64,000 nt of DNA from a virus. Taxonomy: Duplodnaviria; Caudoviricetes. The stretch's first letter is position 1. Each line of letters begins with the position of its first letter. Positions 1 to 7,614 of the stretch are shown piece after piece. The stretch spans positions 31,751 to 95,750 of IMG/VR virus record IMGVR_UViG_3300032216_000646, one strand, 5' to 3'. The notes under the pieces were generated by a model. The model did no database searches. It saw nothing but the letters and a program-made list of their open reading frames with translations, and had not been told where the DNA came from. Both the position numbers and the translations under genes were made by a program.

Positions 1-585
1 CCCCTTAGCACCCTTAGTGCCAGCCTTGATAACGCCCTCCTCACGGATGGCTACATAGTCATAAAAATACTTAGGTGACTTAGTGAGAAGGAAGATGTAT
101 TCGTGAGATTTGGTTGGGCGGTCTTTCACAGCCTCTGGCATCACGTTTGGCTTGTTCCAGATGATGTCGCTACGCAGATACCAGCCATCATCTTGCAGGG
201 CTAGAGCCACACGCCATGGGATACCAATCAAGTCTTTGGACTTCAGTCCATCAACCTTGTTGTTCAGCGCAGTCTTCTGACCATTGCGACCATCAACATA
301 CTTAGGGTCTACTGCGTCTTTCTTGTGACCAGTCCCAACATAGGTGTCACCAAGGTTCAGCCACACTGTGCCGTCGTCTTTTAGGACTCGCTTGATGTCA
401 CGGAAGATTTCAACAAGGTTCTCTACGAACTCGTAGGGACTGTCCTCCTGACCTAGTTGCCCCAACGCTCCGTAATCACGGAGACCCCAGTAAGGAGGAG
501 AGGTAACTACTGTCTGGATGGATTGGTCTGGCAGTGAAGCCAGAGCGGTTCTTACATCGGCATTTAGGATACGTGCTTTAGACAT
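1..585 (-). CDS. DNA methyltransferase, N4-C/N6-A beta class (3' end runs off window)
   Basis: Manually translated from ATG at 585: MSKARILNADVRTALASLPDQSIQTVVTSPPYWGLRDYG; SPPY catalytic motif, then RVLKDDGTVWLNLGD. Confidence 0.9.
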   Translation of the reverse strand, partial: MSKARILNADVRTALASLPDQSIQTVVTSPPYWGLRDYGALGQLGQEDSPYEFVENLVEIFRDIKRVLKDDGTVWLNLGDTYVGTGHKKDAVDPKYVDGRNGQKTALNNKVDGLKSKDLIGIPWRVALALQDDGWYLRSDIIWNKPNVMPEAVKDRPTKSHEYIFLLTKSPKYFYDYVAIREEGVIKAGTKGAKG

Positions 586-610
586 GCTCAAAATGCTATC
601 ACAGAAAAAT

Positions 611-638
611 AAAAACCCCCCTACAGGAGGGGGGTTTT
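611..638. terminator. Bidirectional rho-independent terminator
   Basis: aaaacccccct-acagg-aggggggtttt GC stem with A/T tracts on both sides. Confidence 0.8.
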
Positions 639-813
639 AGTTTGAGTAGGTGGGTTGCGTTTTACCACCAATGCGTCGCCACCAGATTCTCTAGCGCTTA
701 CTCGCATACTTGCCGTTAGGTTATCAGCCCAGTTGATTAGACCCGACAATGCTTTCTCCCTGTTGGCACAGAGATTCAGCCATACTCCAGCCTCTCCGTC
801 GAGAGACTGTTTG

Positions 814-1103
814 TGGACTAGACGGGATTCGAACCCGTGTCCTAACATTTCTTCTAAATACTTCTACATGCTTAGGCTTTACCAGCCACGGTCAAACAAA
901 GGATAAAACAGATTATTGTTCTATTTATTTGAAACCTAACTGCCCACCTAGAACTAGTGCTTTGTTAGGGGCGCTCGCAGTTTTTAGGCTGCTAGTGCGT
1001 ATGCGTTTTGAGTTGCATTTATTTTTTTACTCGATTCAAGAGTCACGAGCGTCTCTGCATGCTTCTATTCAGTTGTCAATGCCAGTCGATACCAAACTAG
1101 CCC
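814..1103 (-). ncRNA. ssrA: tmRNA (about 290 nt), tag peptide (A)ATQNAYALAA
   Basis: 5' GGGCTAG..GGTATCGAC; 3' GGAC-ACGGG-TTCGAAT-CCCGT-CTAGTCC-A; acceptor stem with G3:U70 and A73; PK1 (agag/ctct, ctcg/cgag); AT-rich resume context then GCA..GCC TAA at 1016-984. Confidence 0.95.
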
Positions 1104-1214
1104 TAGGTTGCGGGACTTGCACCCGCCGTCCAAACCCCCTGTGATTGCTATTGTGGTTTTCACCGTATAAATCACAGCACTGATTTGGTCAGTAGATTAG
1201 GTTAGCACACCTTT

Positions 1215-1754
1215 TTAGGAAATGTCAATAACCTTTGGCTTTTTTTCTTCAGGAAGGTCTTTCTCGAAGGTAACAGTCAGCATACCATCTTTGACGGTTG
1301 CACCACTAATCTTCCAGAACTCTGCAACAGCCAGTTCCAACTTGAAGTCACGGGCAGCGATGCCTTGGTAGACAATCTCACCTTCAGCCTTGCCGACCTT
1401 CTTGCCTTCAATGGTGATTACAGAATCCTGTAGGACAACACTCAACTCTTCCTTGGAGAAGCCAGCCACTGCTACGTTGAGCAGGTTGACGTCATCCTTC
1501 AAAGCGACAATGTCGTATGGAGGATAGGAAGGCTTGTTGTTGGTAACTTCTCTGAGAGTTTCAAGAAGTGGAGACCAGCCAATGGATAGGCGGTCTAGGC
1601 GGGGGAACAAGTCAGCAATAGTTACTGGCTTTGGAGGGACAGGCTTTTGCCATTTGTCCTTCTTGTTGTCCCACGGGTCATGTGGGTTTGGCTCATACGG
1701 GTTTGGATAAGGTTTCTTCCAACGGTCGTATGGGTCTAGTGGGTTGTGGTTCAT
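1215..1754 (-). CDS. Hsp20/IbpA small heat-shock protein with Pro-rich N-terminal extension
   Basis: SYPPYDI..VAVAGF..YQGIAARDF..KDGMLTV alpha-crystallin motifs; AAGGAG RBS before ATG at 1754. Confidence 0.9.
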   Translation of the reverse strand: MNHNPLDPYDRWKKPYPNPYEPNPHDPWDNKKDKWQKPVPPKPVTIADLFPRLDRLSIGWSPLLETLREVTNNKPSYPPYDIVALKDDVNLLNVAVAGFSKEELSVVLQDSVITIEGKKVGKAEGEIVYQGIAARDFKLELAVAEFWKISGATVKDGMLTVTFEKDLPEEKKPKVIDIS

Positions 1755-1844
1755 TGTTGTCTCCTTAGACGACAACTGTGCCTTGGTACATAACTGCCCG
1801 TAGCACAGTATTTTTTATGACACCCGATTGGCGTGTCTAAGAAG

Positions 1845-1853
1845 ATTGTAGCA
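1845..1853 (-). promoter_or_regulatory. Extended -10 promoter for hsp20
   Basis: TG-C-TACAAT on the minus strand about 90 nt upstream of the start codon. Confidence 0.5.
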
Positions 1854-1855
1854 GA

Positions 1856-2134
1856 TTACTTGCGGAACTGGCGTCCTAGCGCACGGTGAATAGCGACACC
1901 ACCAACGATTGCGCCAATACCCGCACCAATCGCCATAGCAGTGTGGTTACCAGTTACATTCAAGGCTTCAACTGACTTCATCATGTTAGAGGTCGTGCCA
2001 TCAATGTTGTTGATGTGCCAAGACATGTCTGGGACGCTCTTGAAAGTAACAGGGCTTAGTTTGTCGCCAATGCCAGCACCGACTAAAGCGCCTATGCCAG
2101 ATGCTCCAGCAACGAGTTGTTTCTTAGTAGCCAT
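1856..2134 (-). CDS. Gly-zipper small protein with C-terminal LGRQF motif
   Basis: Two GxxxG hydrophobic segments; ends ALGRQFRK. Confidence 0.7.
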   Translation of the reverse strand: MATKKQLVAGASGIGALVGAGIGDKLSPVTFKSVPDMSWHINNIDGTTSNMMKSVEALNVTGNHTAMAIGAGIGAIVGGVAIHRALGRQFRK

Positions 2135-2180
2135 GATTACCTCACTTATTAGTCTCTATTTAGGATAAAGCAAAATGTCA

Positions 2181-2384
2181 CTAATCGAATAGTGAAACTT
2201 GCCCATTGTTGTGGCGTTCCTTGATGTGCAAGTTTAGGTTCTTGTCGTTCCAAAAGTTTGCAGGGCATGCAGGGCATGACAGGCTAGGGTAGATAGTTTT
2301 AGTGCCATACCCACTATCGTGCTGTTCTTCTTCAGGTAAATCGCCACCATGCTGGTCTTTACCAAACTGTTCTTTGCTAATCAT
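2181..2384 (-). CDS. C2H2 zinc-finger small protein with N-terminal QF motif
   Basis: MISKEQFG; CPAC-x12-HIKERH. Confidence 0.7.
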   Translation of the reverse strand: MISKEQFGKDQHGGDLPEEEQHDSGYGTKTIYPSLSCPACPANFWNDKNLNLHIKERHNNGQVSLFD

Positions 2385-2386
2385 GC

Positions 2387-2710
2387 CTACTTCTTTCCAA
2401 AGTCTTTAGGAAGACCTAATGTTCTTGCCCATTTGAAACCTTTGTTACCGTAAGACGATTTCATAAGGTCTGGCGCAGGGATGCCTAACTCGGTGGCTTT
2501 CTGCACTGCAGTGTGATACATACCTGTAGCCACACCTTTACGTTGGTGTTCTTCATTCACACCCACGTGTATAGCCCCCTCGTTATCCCAAATCAATGCG
2601 CCAATCGCCCCATCCTCATTTGGATGGATAGCGTGGATGTTGTGGTCACCTGCTGGGTCTACAAAGTATTTATAGGTAACCCCTTCAAAAGCGGCTTTAC
2701 TTCTAGTCAT
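2387..2710 (-). CDS. GNAT acetyltransferase
   Basis: VGVNEEHQRKGVATGMY acetyl-CoA-binding motif A. Confidence 0.75.
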   Translation of the reverse strand: MTRSKAAFEGVTYKYFVDPAGDHNIHAIHPNEDGAIGALIWDNEGAIHVGVNEEHQRKGVATGMYHTAVQKATELGIPAPDLMKSSYGNKGFKWARTLGLPKDFGKK

Positions 2711-3033
2711 TTAAACACCACAGGTATGTGGGTCATACCAAGTTCTCTAGCAGCCATAACTCGATGATGACCCTCAGTAAGTAGAGTTTCACCGCTATCA
2801 AGTTTCGTTGCCTCTATTGGGTTTTTCAACCCTTGTGCAGCAATGTTTGCTTTTAGGTTTTCTACATAGTCGTCATCGTGAGCATCAAAGTTGGCGCAAG
2901 ATTCGGCATCAACATGTTTCATGCGTATTGGGTTTGAGTGGTCGCCATCATCATAATCAGAAGGAATAAACTCATTGACTTCAGACATAGGGACATCTAC
3001 AGAGCCGTGGAAGTCTGCTTTATTTGCACCCAT
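2707..3033 (-). CDS. Stand-alone ParB/Srx N-terminal domain protein
   Basis: LKANIAAQGLKNPI..LTEGHHRVMAARELGMTHIPV. Confidence 0.85.
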   Translation of the reverse strand: MGANKADFHGSVDVPMSEVNEFIPSDYDDGDHSNPIRMKHVDAESCANFDAHDDDYVENLKANIAAQGLKNPIEATKLDSGETLLTEGHHRVMAARELGMTHIPVVFK

Positions 3034-3788
3034 TAGTAAAGACTGCTCACATGTTGTTGTAGACGCTCATGCTCATGCTCTAGTTCGCCATGAGTGATGT
3101 CGTTGACGTGTTCGCCCATCTCGTCGATAGCACCGTGTGCTTCACCCATGTGGTGAGTGTGCCAATGAGACCCTTCTTCTAGGTTGTCTGCTTCATCAAG
3201 ATTGTATTTGATTTTGTCGTGTAGACGCATAACGTGAGCAGTAACCTCATCGTCTAAACCCGCAGCATGTGCTTTAGCAATGAACTCGTTCACATGTTCT
3301 TTTAGTTTATGAATAGTAGGTGGAGCGATTGGGTCCCAACGAGCATGGCGGTATTTGTCATCTGAAATGATGTGGTCATCAAACTTTTCGTTGCCTTCCC
3401 ACTCACCGCCAACAGCCCTAGCCCACTTGTCCCCTGTTTTAGTGCGCATAGTTGAATGCACAGGTGCAGGTATAGAAGGGATGTCTTCATGAAGTTCACC
3501 AGCAAACTTGTATAACTTAGTGGCTAACCCTTGACGACGCATCTCAGGGTGAGTCTCGATGTGTTGGATGCGACCCTTTTCATCCAGACCCATAGTGCCA
3601 ACAAAGTTGTCGTCAGCATCGTGCATAGTAAAGTTGTGCGCAGAAGTTCCAAAACCCATACGACCGTGATGGTATTGGATAGAGTGCGTAGCCCCATTAT
3701 CGTCAGTGACCTTCCAAGCCATAAGCATCTTATGGTCAGGATGTTCACCCGCTTGAATCTTAGTAGGGTCGTTTTCTACAACAGCCAT
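3033..3788 (-). CDS. GNAT acetyltransferase with His-rich helical C-terminal domain
   Basis: IETHPEMRRQGLATKLY; PAPVHSTMRT..GDKWARAVGG. Confidence 0.8.
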   Translation of the reverse strand: MAVVENDPTKIQAGEHPDHKMLMAWKVTDDNGATHSIQYHHGRMGFGTSAHNFTMHDADDNFVGTMGLDEKGRIQHIETHPEMRRQGLATKLYKFAGELHEDIPSIPAPVHSTMRTKTGDKWARAVGGEWEGNEKFDDHIISDDKYRHARWDPIAPPTIHKLKEHVNEFIAKAHAAGLDDEVTAHVMRLHDKIKYNLDEADNLEEGSHWHTHHMGEAHGAIDEMGEHVNDITHGELEHEHERLQQHVSSLY

Positions 3789-4333
3789 TACCTTGCTCCT
3801 TCAAACTCTTGGAAGTTACCTGGGTGGACTATCGATGGATGGTAGTCGTAATCTTCTTCGTGAAGTCTAGTGTCCATGTGTAGAGGTGCGCCTACACCCT
3901 TTTGCTTATTAGACGCTTCACTTCCACGGGTATGCACCATCACTGGAATGTGAGTAACTCCTGCTTGCAGAGCCGCCGCAAGACGGTGGTTACCTTCAGT
4001 AAGAACACCCCAACGTAGATTGTGGTCATAGTTTAGATGAACAGGTTCTCTGAGTCCGTCTATACCGTGAGTAGATAAGTCGTTAGCGATGTTGTTGATG
4101 TTCTCTTTGCTGTTAGCGTAGCCTTGAGCGCCCGTACGGTCATACTCTTTATAGCGCATTAGTTGATGCACAGGGACGAGAGCAACATAACGATTCCACT
4201 TATACCCTGGCTCATCACCTTTTAGGCTGCCGTTATCTGCGATAGCGTGAGTTCGCCATCCGCCGTTTTCATGAGTAGCAAGACCTGGACCCGTATAGGT
4301 AGGAACAGATGCAAACTGTTTACCAATGTCCAT
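3788..4333 (-). CDS. ParB/Srx domain protein
   Basis: GLREPVHL..LTEGNHRLAAALQAGVTHIPV; leader MDIGKQF. Confidence 0.8.
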   Translation of the reverse strand: MDIGKQFASVPTYTGPGLATHENGGWRTHAIADNGSLKGDEPGYKWNRYVALVPVHQLMRYKEYDRTGAQGYANSKENINNIANDLSTHGIDGLREPVHLNYDHNLRWGVLTEGNHRLAAALQAGVTHIPVMVHTRGSEASNKQKGVGAPLHMDTRLHEEDYDYHPSIVHPGNFQEFEGAR

Positions 4334-4893
4334 TAGAACCTCTTATCTAGTTGAAGACCGATTGCACCAGCAGCACACTCGTCACATTGACCGTTATAGC
4401 CCTTTTGGTGTTCAGTCAAGTAAATACCATGCCTGTCCATCCAGTGACCATCACGGTAATGGCTTTGAGGAACATCTGCAACGATTTTGGTGACCCTAAA
4501 GCCATCAGTGCTACTTACTTCGTTTTCTGGACTTGGAAACTTTTCTGCTTTAGAAACAGGCTCTACTTGGTATGCGTAGGCTCGTTTTTCTTTTGTAGGT
4601 CGCACTTGCTCTGCTCGAACGGCATACGACATTGCATGCCTAGCATTTTCAGAAGATACGTATCCAGTGACTGGAACTACCCATGCTCTAGGTTGGTGCG
4701 CTCTAGGGTCATCTTTTGCATCGCCTAAACCGTAGACACCACCGTGGCTACCAGATTGAACCAAACTGTCGCCATTTGGTTTGATGAGGTCTCCAACATT
4801 TAGTCTTTGATTAGTGCCGTGTAGGTAGATAGTGTTGCCGTCACTAGGTTCGTGGTTTCTACCTGCAAAGAAGTCGGTAGTATTCCTAGTCAT
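4333..4893 (-). CDS. Arr-like ADP-ribosyltransferase
   Basis: YLHGTNQRLNVGDLIKP..AMSYA..YAYQVEP..SSTDGFRVTKIV resembles the Arr pattern HGT..L.VGDL..YxVEP. Confidence 0.7.
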   Translation of the reverse strand: MTRNTTDFFAGRNHEPSDGNTIYLHGTNQRLNVGDLIKPNGDSLVQSGSHGGVYGLGDAKDDPRAHQPRAWVVPVTGYVSSENARHAMSYAVRAEQVRPTKEKRAYAYQVEPVSKAEKFPSPENEVSSTDGFRVTKIVADVPQSHYRDGHWMDRHGIYLTEHQKGYNGQCDECAAGAIGLQLDKRF

Positions 4894-5359
4894 TTACTTC
4901 CCTAATCTGTCGGGTTTTAGGATGCTTCACAAAAACTTCGGCTTCATCAGGGCTACCAATAGCCACAATGTCAGACCTAGGCACTTCCCACTCATACGTC
5001 TTCTCAGGTGGGTTAGATTGGAATGCTTTCCAAGATTTCCAGTTTGGATGCAACGAAACATTAGTGACGCCCTTCTTAGGCATGCCAGTGCGTCTAACTG
5101 TCACTGTGTCGCCTAAGCCAGAGTGGTGAAGAATGTGCTGCACCATTTCGTGGTGTTCTTCTGCTGGCGGTGAATCTTTTTCCATTACATCTTTGATGTA
5201 TTCAATAGGATACCTGTGACTGCCGACGGTTGTGGAGTTACCGTAAACAAAATGCTCAAGTGCTGGTTCGCTGTCCATCATGCCAGCGTGATAGTCATAG
5301 TTCTCTTCAGAAAGATGTTTGAAGGCAGCAGCATCAAACTCTGATTTACGTCCAGCCAT
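4886..5359 (-). CDS. ADP-ribosyltransferase-like protein (R-S-E type)
   Basis: TVRRTG..NVSL..YEWEVPRSDIVAIG..DEAEVFV; start ATG 5359 overlaps the upstream TAA. Confidence 0.55.
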   Translation of the reverse strand: MAGRKSEFDAAAFKHLSEENYDYHAGMMDSEPALEHFVYGNSTTVGSHRYPIEYIKDVMEKDSPPAEEHHEMVQHILHHSGLGDTVTVRRTGMPKKGVTNVSLHPNWKSWKAFQSNPPEKTYEWEVPRSDIVAIGSPDEAEVFVKHPKTRQIREVND

Positions 5360-5910
5360 TAGATGACACCTGAACCTGAACATGTATGACACTTTTTGAC
5401 CTGAGACATAGTGAACTCTTCATCGTAGTTCTCTAGGCGATGCCAGTGACGGTCTAAGTCTTTATTGTCTACGCCATTACCGCCACACATTGGGCAGTGA
5501 CCTGCACGAGTGTCATACTTCTCAGGCAAACCATTGATGCCACCCTTCCATGGAATCTCCATGTTCGGGTCAATGTCGTGTGCGGCAGCGATACGGTGGT
5601 GTCCGCCCATAACCCATGCTTTGTCAGGGGTAGGGAATACAATCGCTACAGGCGCACGAACACCATGCTTTTTGATGCTGTCGTATAGGGAGTCGTTATC
5701 TTGACCGTAACCACCAAAACTGGTGCTTTTAGATGCGCCAAGTTTCTGAGGCATGATGTCTTTATCTTGGTCAACGTTGTCAGCAAACTCGACGTTAGGG
5801 TTACCCATAAGGTCACCTACACGGATAGTGCCTCTAGCGTTAGTCATTTGCTCTTGATACTTCTCAAAGTGTGGTTGGAACTGTCGTCCCATGTTCTCTG
5901 GGCTAGTCAT
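5359..5910 (-). CDS. ParB/Srx domain plus C-terminal CxxCxGxG zinc ribbon
   Basis: LYDSIKKHGVRAPV..GGHHRIAAA; CPMCGGNG..CHTCSGSG. Confidence 0.8.
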   Translation of the reverse strand: MTSPENMGRQFQPHFEKYQEQMTNARGTIRVGDLMGNPNVEFADNVDQDKDIMPQKLGASKSTSFGGYGQDNDSLYDSIKKHGVRAPVAIVFPTPDKAWVMGGHHRIAAAHDIDPNMEIPWKGGINGLPEKYDTRAGHCPMCGGNGVDNKDLDRHWHRLENYDEEFTMSQVKKCHTCSGSGVI

Positions 5911-6335
5911 TAGTTATCCTTCTGTAGAGGCAACATCATTTCCCACATAGCACCACGCATAGCGTAAGTGGAGTTTGAAACTTTGTGAGTTGGCGGCTGA
6001 ATCGTGCCGCCTTCAGATTTGACTACCGCTCTCGCCCAAGAGTTTCCAGATGGGGTGCGAGAACTAGCATGCTTAGGGGCAGGGATAGATGGGTCTTTTT
6101 CGCTGGCGGATTTAGCGTAGTTGTAAAGAGCGGTTGCGATTCCTTGGCGACGAACTTCTGGACGAGTTTCAACCTGCACGATAGTTCCATGCTCATTCAA
6201 GTTCAAATGACCTAAAAGGTTTCCACGCTGGTCTCTCATCTGAAAGGCGTGATGAGGGTTGCCATCTCTGTCTACGTGAGGTAGGTAAGTGATTGTGTGA
6301 GCAAACTGCTGACCAATGTTTTCTGGGCTAGTCAT
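5910..6335 (-). CDS. GNAT acetyltransferase
   Basis: VETRPEVRRQGIATALY..PAPKHASSRTPSGNSWARAV; paralog of 3033..3788. Confidence 0.8.
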   Translation of the reverse strand: MTSPENIGQQFAHTITYLPHVDRDGNPHHAFQMRDQRGNLLGHLNLNEHGTIVQVETRPEVRRQGIATALYNYAKSASEKDPSIPAPKHASSRTPSGNSWARAVVKSEGGTIQPPTHKVSNSTYAMRGAMWEMMLPLQKDN

Positions 6336-6751
6336 TATGCGTTCATTTCTTTAGGTGGGTGATACCAGTCTCGTTCTTCAGAAGTTACCTCACCAGTTTC
6401 TGGGTGAATACTGGTCTTGTGAACCTTGTATAGGTTGACTTTTGCTCCCGCTTTCAGGGTTACCTCAGACTCTGCGTCGTTGTGACCTTCATCGTAGACT
6501 TTCAACTTGCTAAGTCTGTCAGCGTCAGTCTCAACTTGGCTACCATCGATTTCTGCCTCAAGAACATGCCCAACTTCAGATGGGTATGCTCGATTAGCGC
6601 CTAGGCTAAACTTTTCAGCAACATCACGGTCAGTAGTCCAGTGAGCGCCTAATCCTTGATTAGATGGGCTATCTAGCCCCATGATGGCGTGACCGTTCAT
6701 TCCACGGTAAACCTTGATGAACTGCTGCCCTACTAGGTGTTCGTTAACCAT
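6335..6751 (-). CDS. ADP-ribosyltransferase (R-S/T-ExE type)
   Basis: KVYRGM..GAHWTTDRDVAEKF..VLEAEI..AESEVTL. Confidence 0.7.
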   Translation of the reverse strand: MVNEHLVGQQFIKVYRGMNGHAIMGLDSPSNQGLGAHWTTDRDVAEKFSLGANRAYPSEVGHVLEAEIDGSQVETDADRLSKLKVYDEGHNDAESEVTLKAGAKVNLYKVHKTSIHPETGEVTSEERDWYHPPKEMNA

Positions 6752-7235
6752 TGCACTTCCCACATTCGTATGAATACCCCTCGTGACTATCTACAGAGCC
6801 GTCAGGGTTTACTGCATTGTGCTTTACAGAGTAATGACTATAGATTAGGTCTTCAGGCTTCTCTTTTTCACCAGGTAAGGTTTTAGTTCCCATAAAATAC
6901 CGTTTGCTACCTTCGAAAGGCTCATCTGACCAAGTTTCTTCATTTTTCATAGGAGTGGACTTCACTACTGTAAAACCTTTTCCACTAGTAACTACTTGCC
7001 CTTTGGAAACGACAGAAAGAGTGTCATCGTTTTCAATCGGCTTTACTTCATGAACGTAACCATCTTCACCAGCGTAGCCACGTGCCACTTCTGGGTGGGG
7101 AGTAGCAAACGCTTCAGGTTCATCTCCTGAACCATGTAGTTGGTGTGGGTTGACTGTGCCTCCTAGTTTGATGAAGTTAGGAGAGCCGTGAAAAAGACGC
7201 TCAAACTGTTGCCCAATGTCTTCTGGTCTAGCCAT
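6744..7235 (-). CDS. Arr-like ADP-ribosyltransferase
   Basis: LFHGSP..AFATPHPEVARGYA..YVHEVKP..SGKGFTVV. Confidence 0.65.
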   Translation of the reverse strand: MARPEDIGQQFERLFHGSPNFIKLGGTVNPHQLHGSGDEPEAFATPHPEVARGYAGEDGYVHEVKPIENDDTLSVVSKGQVVTSGKGFTVVKSTPMKNEETWSDEPFEGSKRYFMGTKTLPGEKEKPEDLIYSHYSVKHNAVNPDGSVDSHEGYSYECGKCNG

Positions 7236-7614
7236 TTGGACAGTCCTCCTCTTTATGCCAATGTAACTCGCCCTCGGCAGGCACGTGACCTACACGGGTA
7301 ATAAGATGCGGTGGAACTCGTGTTTCAGAATAAGAAGCGTCATCTTCAAGCCATGGGTCTTCATACATGTGTTGAACGGGGATGTGAACTTGATAAATGT
7401 CATGGTTAGGGTAGCCCGTGCCTTTGCCCGTCACGTGGTTTACCGAGTCAACACCGTTGTAGACGTAAACACCACGAGGAACGTCGCCTTCTTCATGCAC
7501 ATAAGTGCCTTTAGGCGTAGGAAACAGCCCAGTTTTCTCAATAGAGTCTCTATGCTTCTTTGGGGCGAAGTGGAAGCCCTGACCGTTATAGAAGTCAACA
7601 TTATTTCTAGTCAA
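7228..7614 (-). CDS. ADP-ribosyltransferase-like protein (H-Y class, Tpt1/KptA-like fold)
   Basis: FHFAPKKHRDSIEKTGLFP..GVYVY..DIYQV..VPPHLITRV; TTG start at 7614 gives leader MTRNNVDFYNG. Confidence 0.6.
   Translation of the reverse strand: MTRNNVDFYNGQGFHFAPKKHRDSIEKTGLFPTPKGTYVHEEGDVPRGVYVYNGVDSVNHVTGKGTGYPNHDIYQVHIPVQHMYEDPWLEDDASYSETRVPPHLITRVGHVPAEGELHWHKEEDCPNG

Noticed and set aside
811-845. Possible stand-alone tRNA gene from the GGTTCGAATCC T-arm
   Set aside because: The arm pairs with a 5' end about 290 nt away and encloses a tag ORF, so it is the tmRNA
621-1144. ORFs 621..848, 655..906 and 749..1144
   Set aside because: They overlap the tmRNA and neighbouring structured RNA; no RBS or protein motifs
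2707-5910. ParB genes as a phage ParABS partition system
   Set aside because: No HTH or dimerisation domains and no ParA in the window
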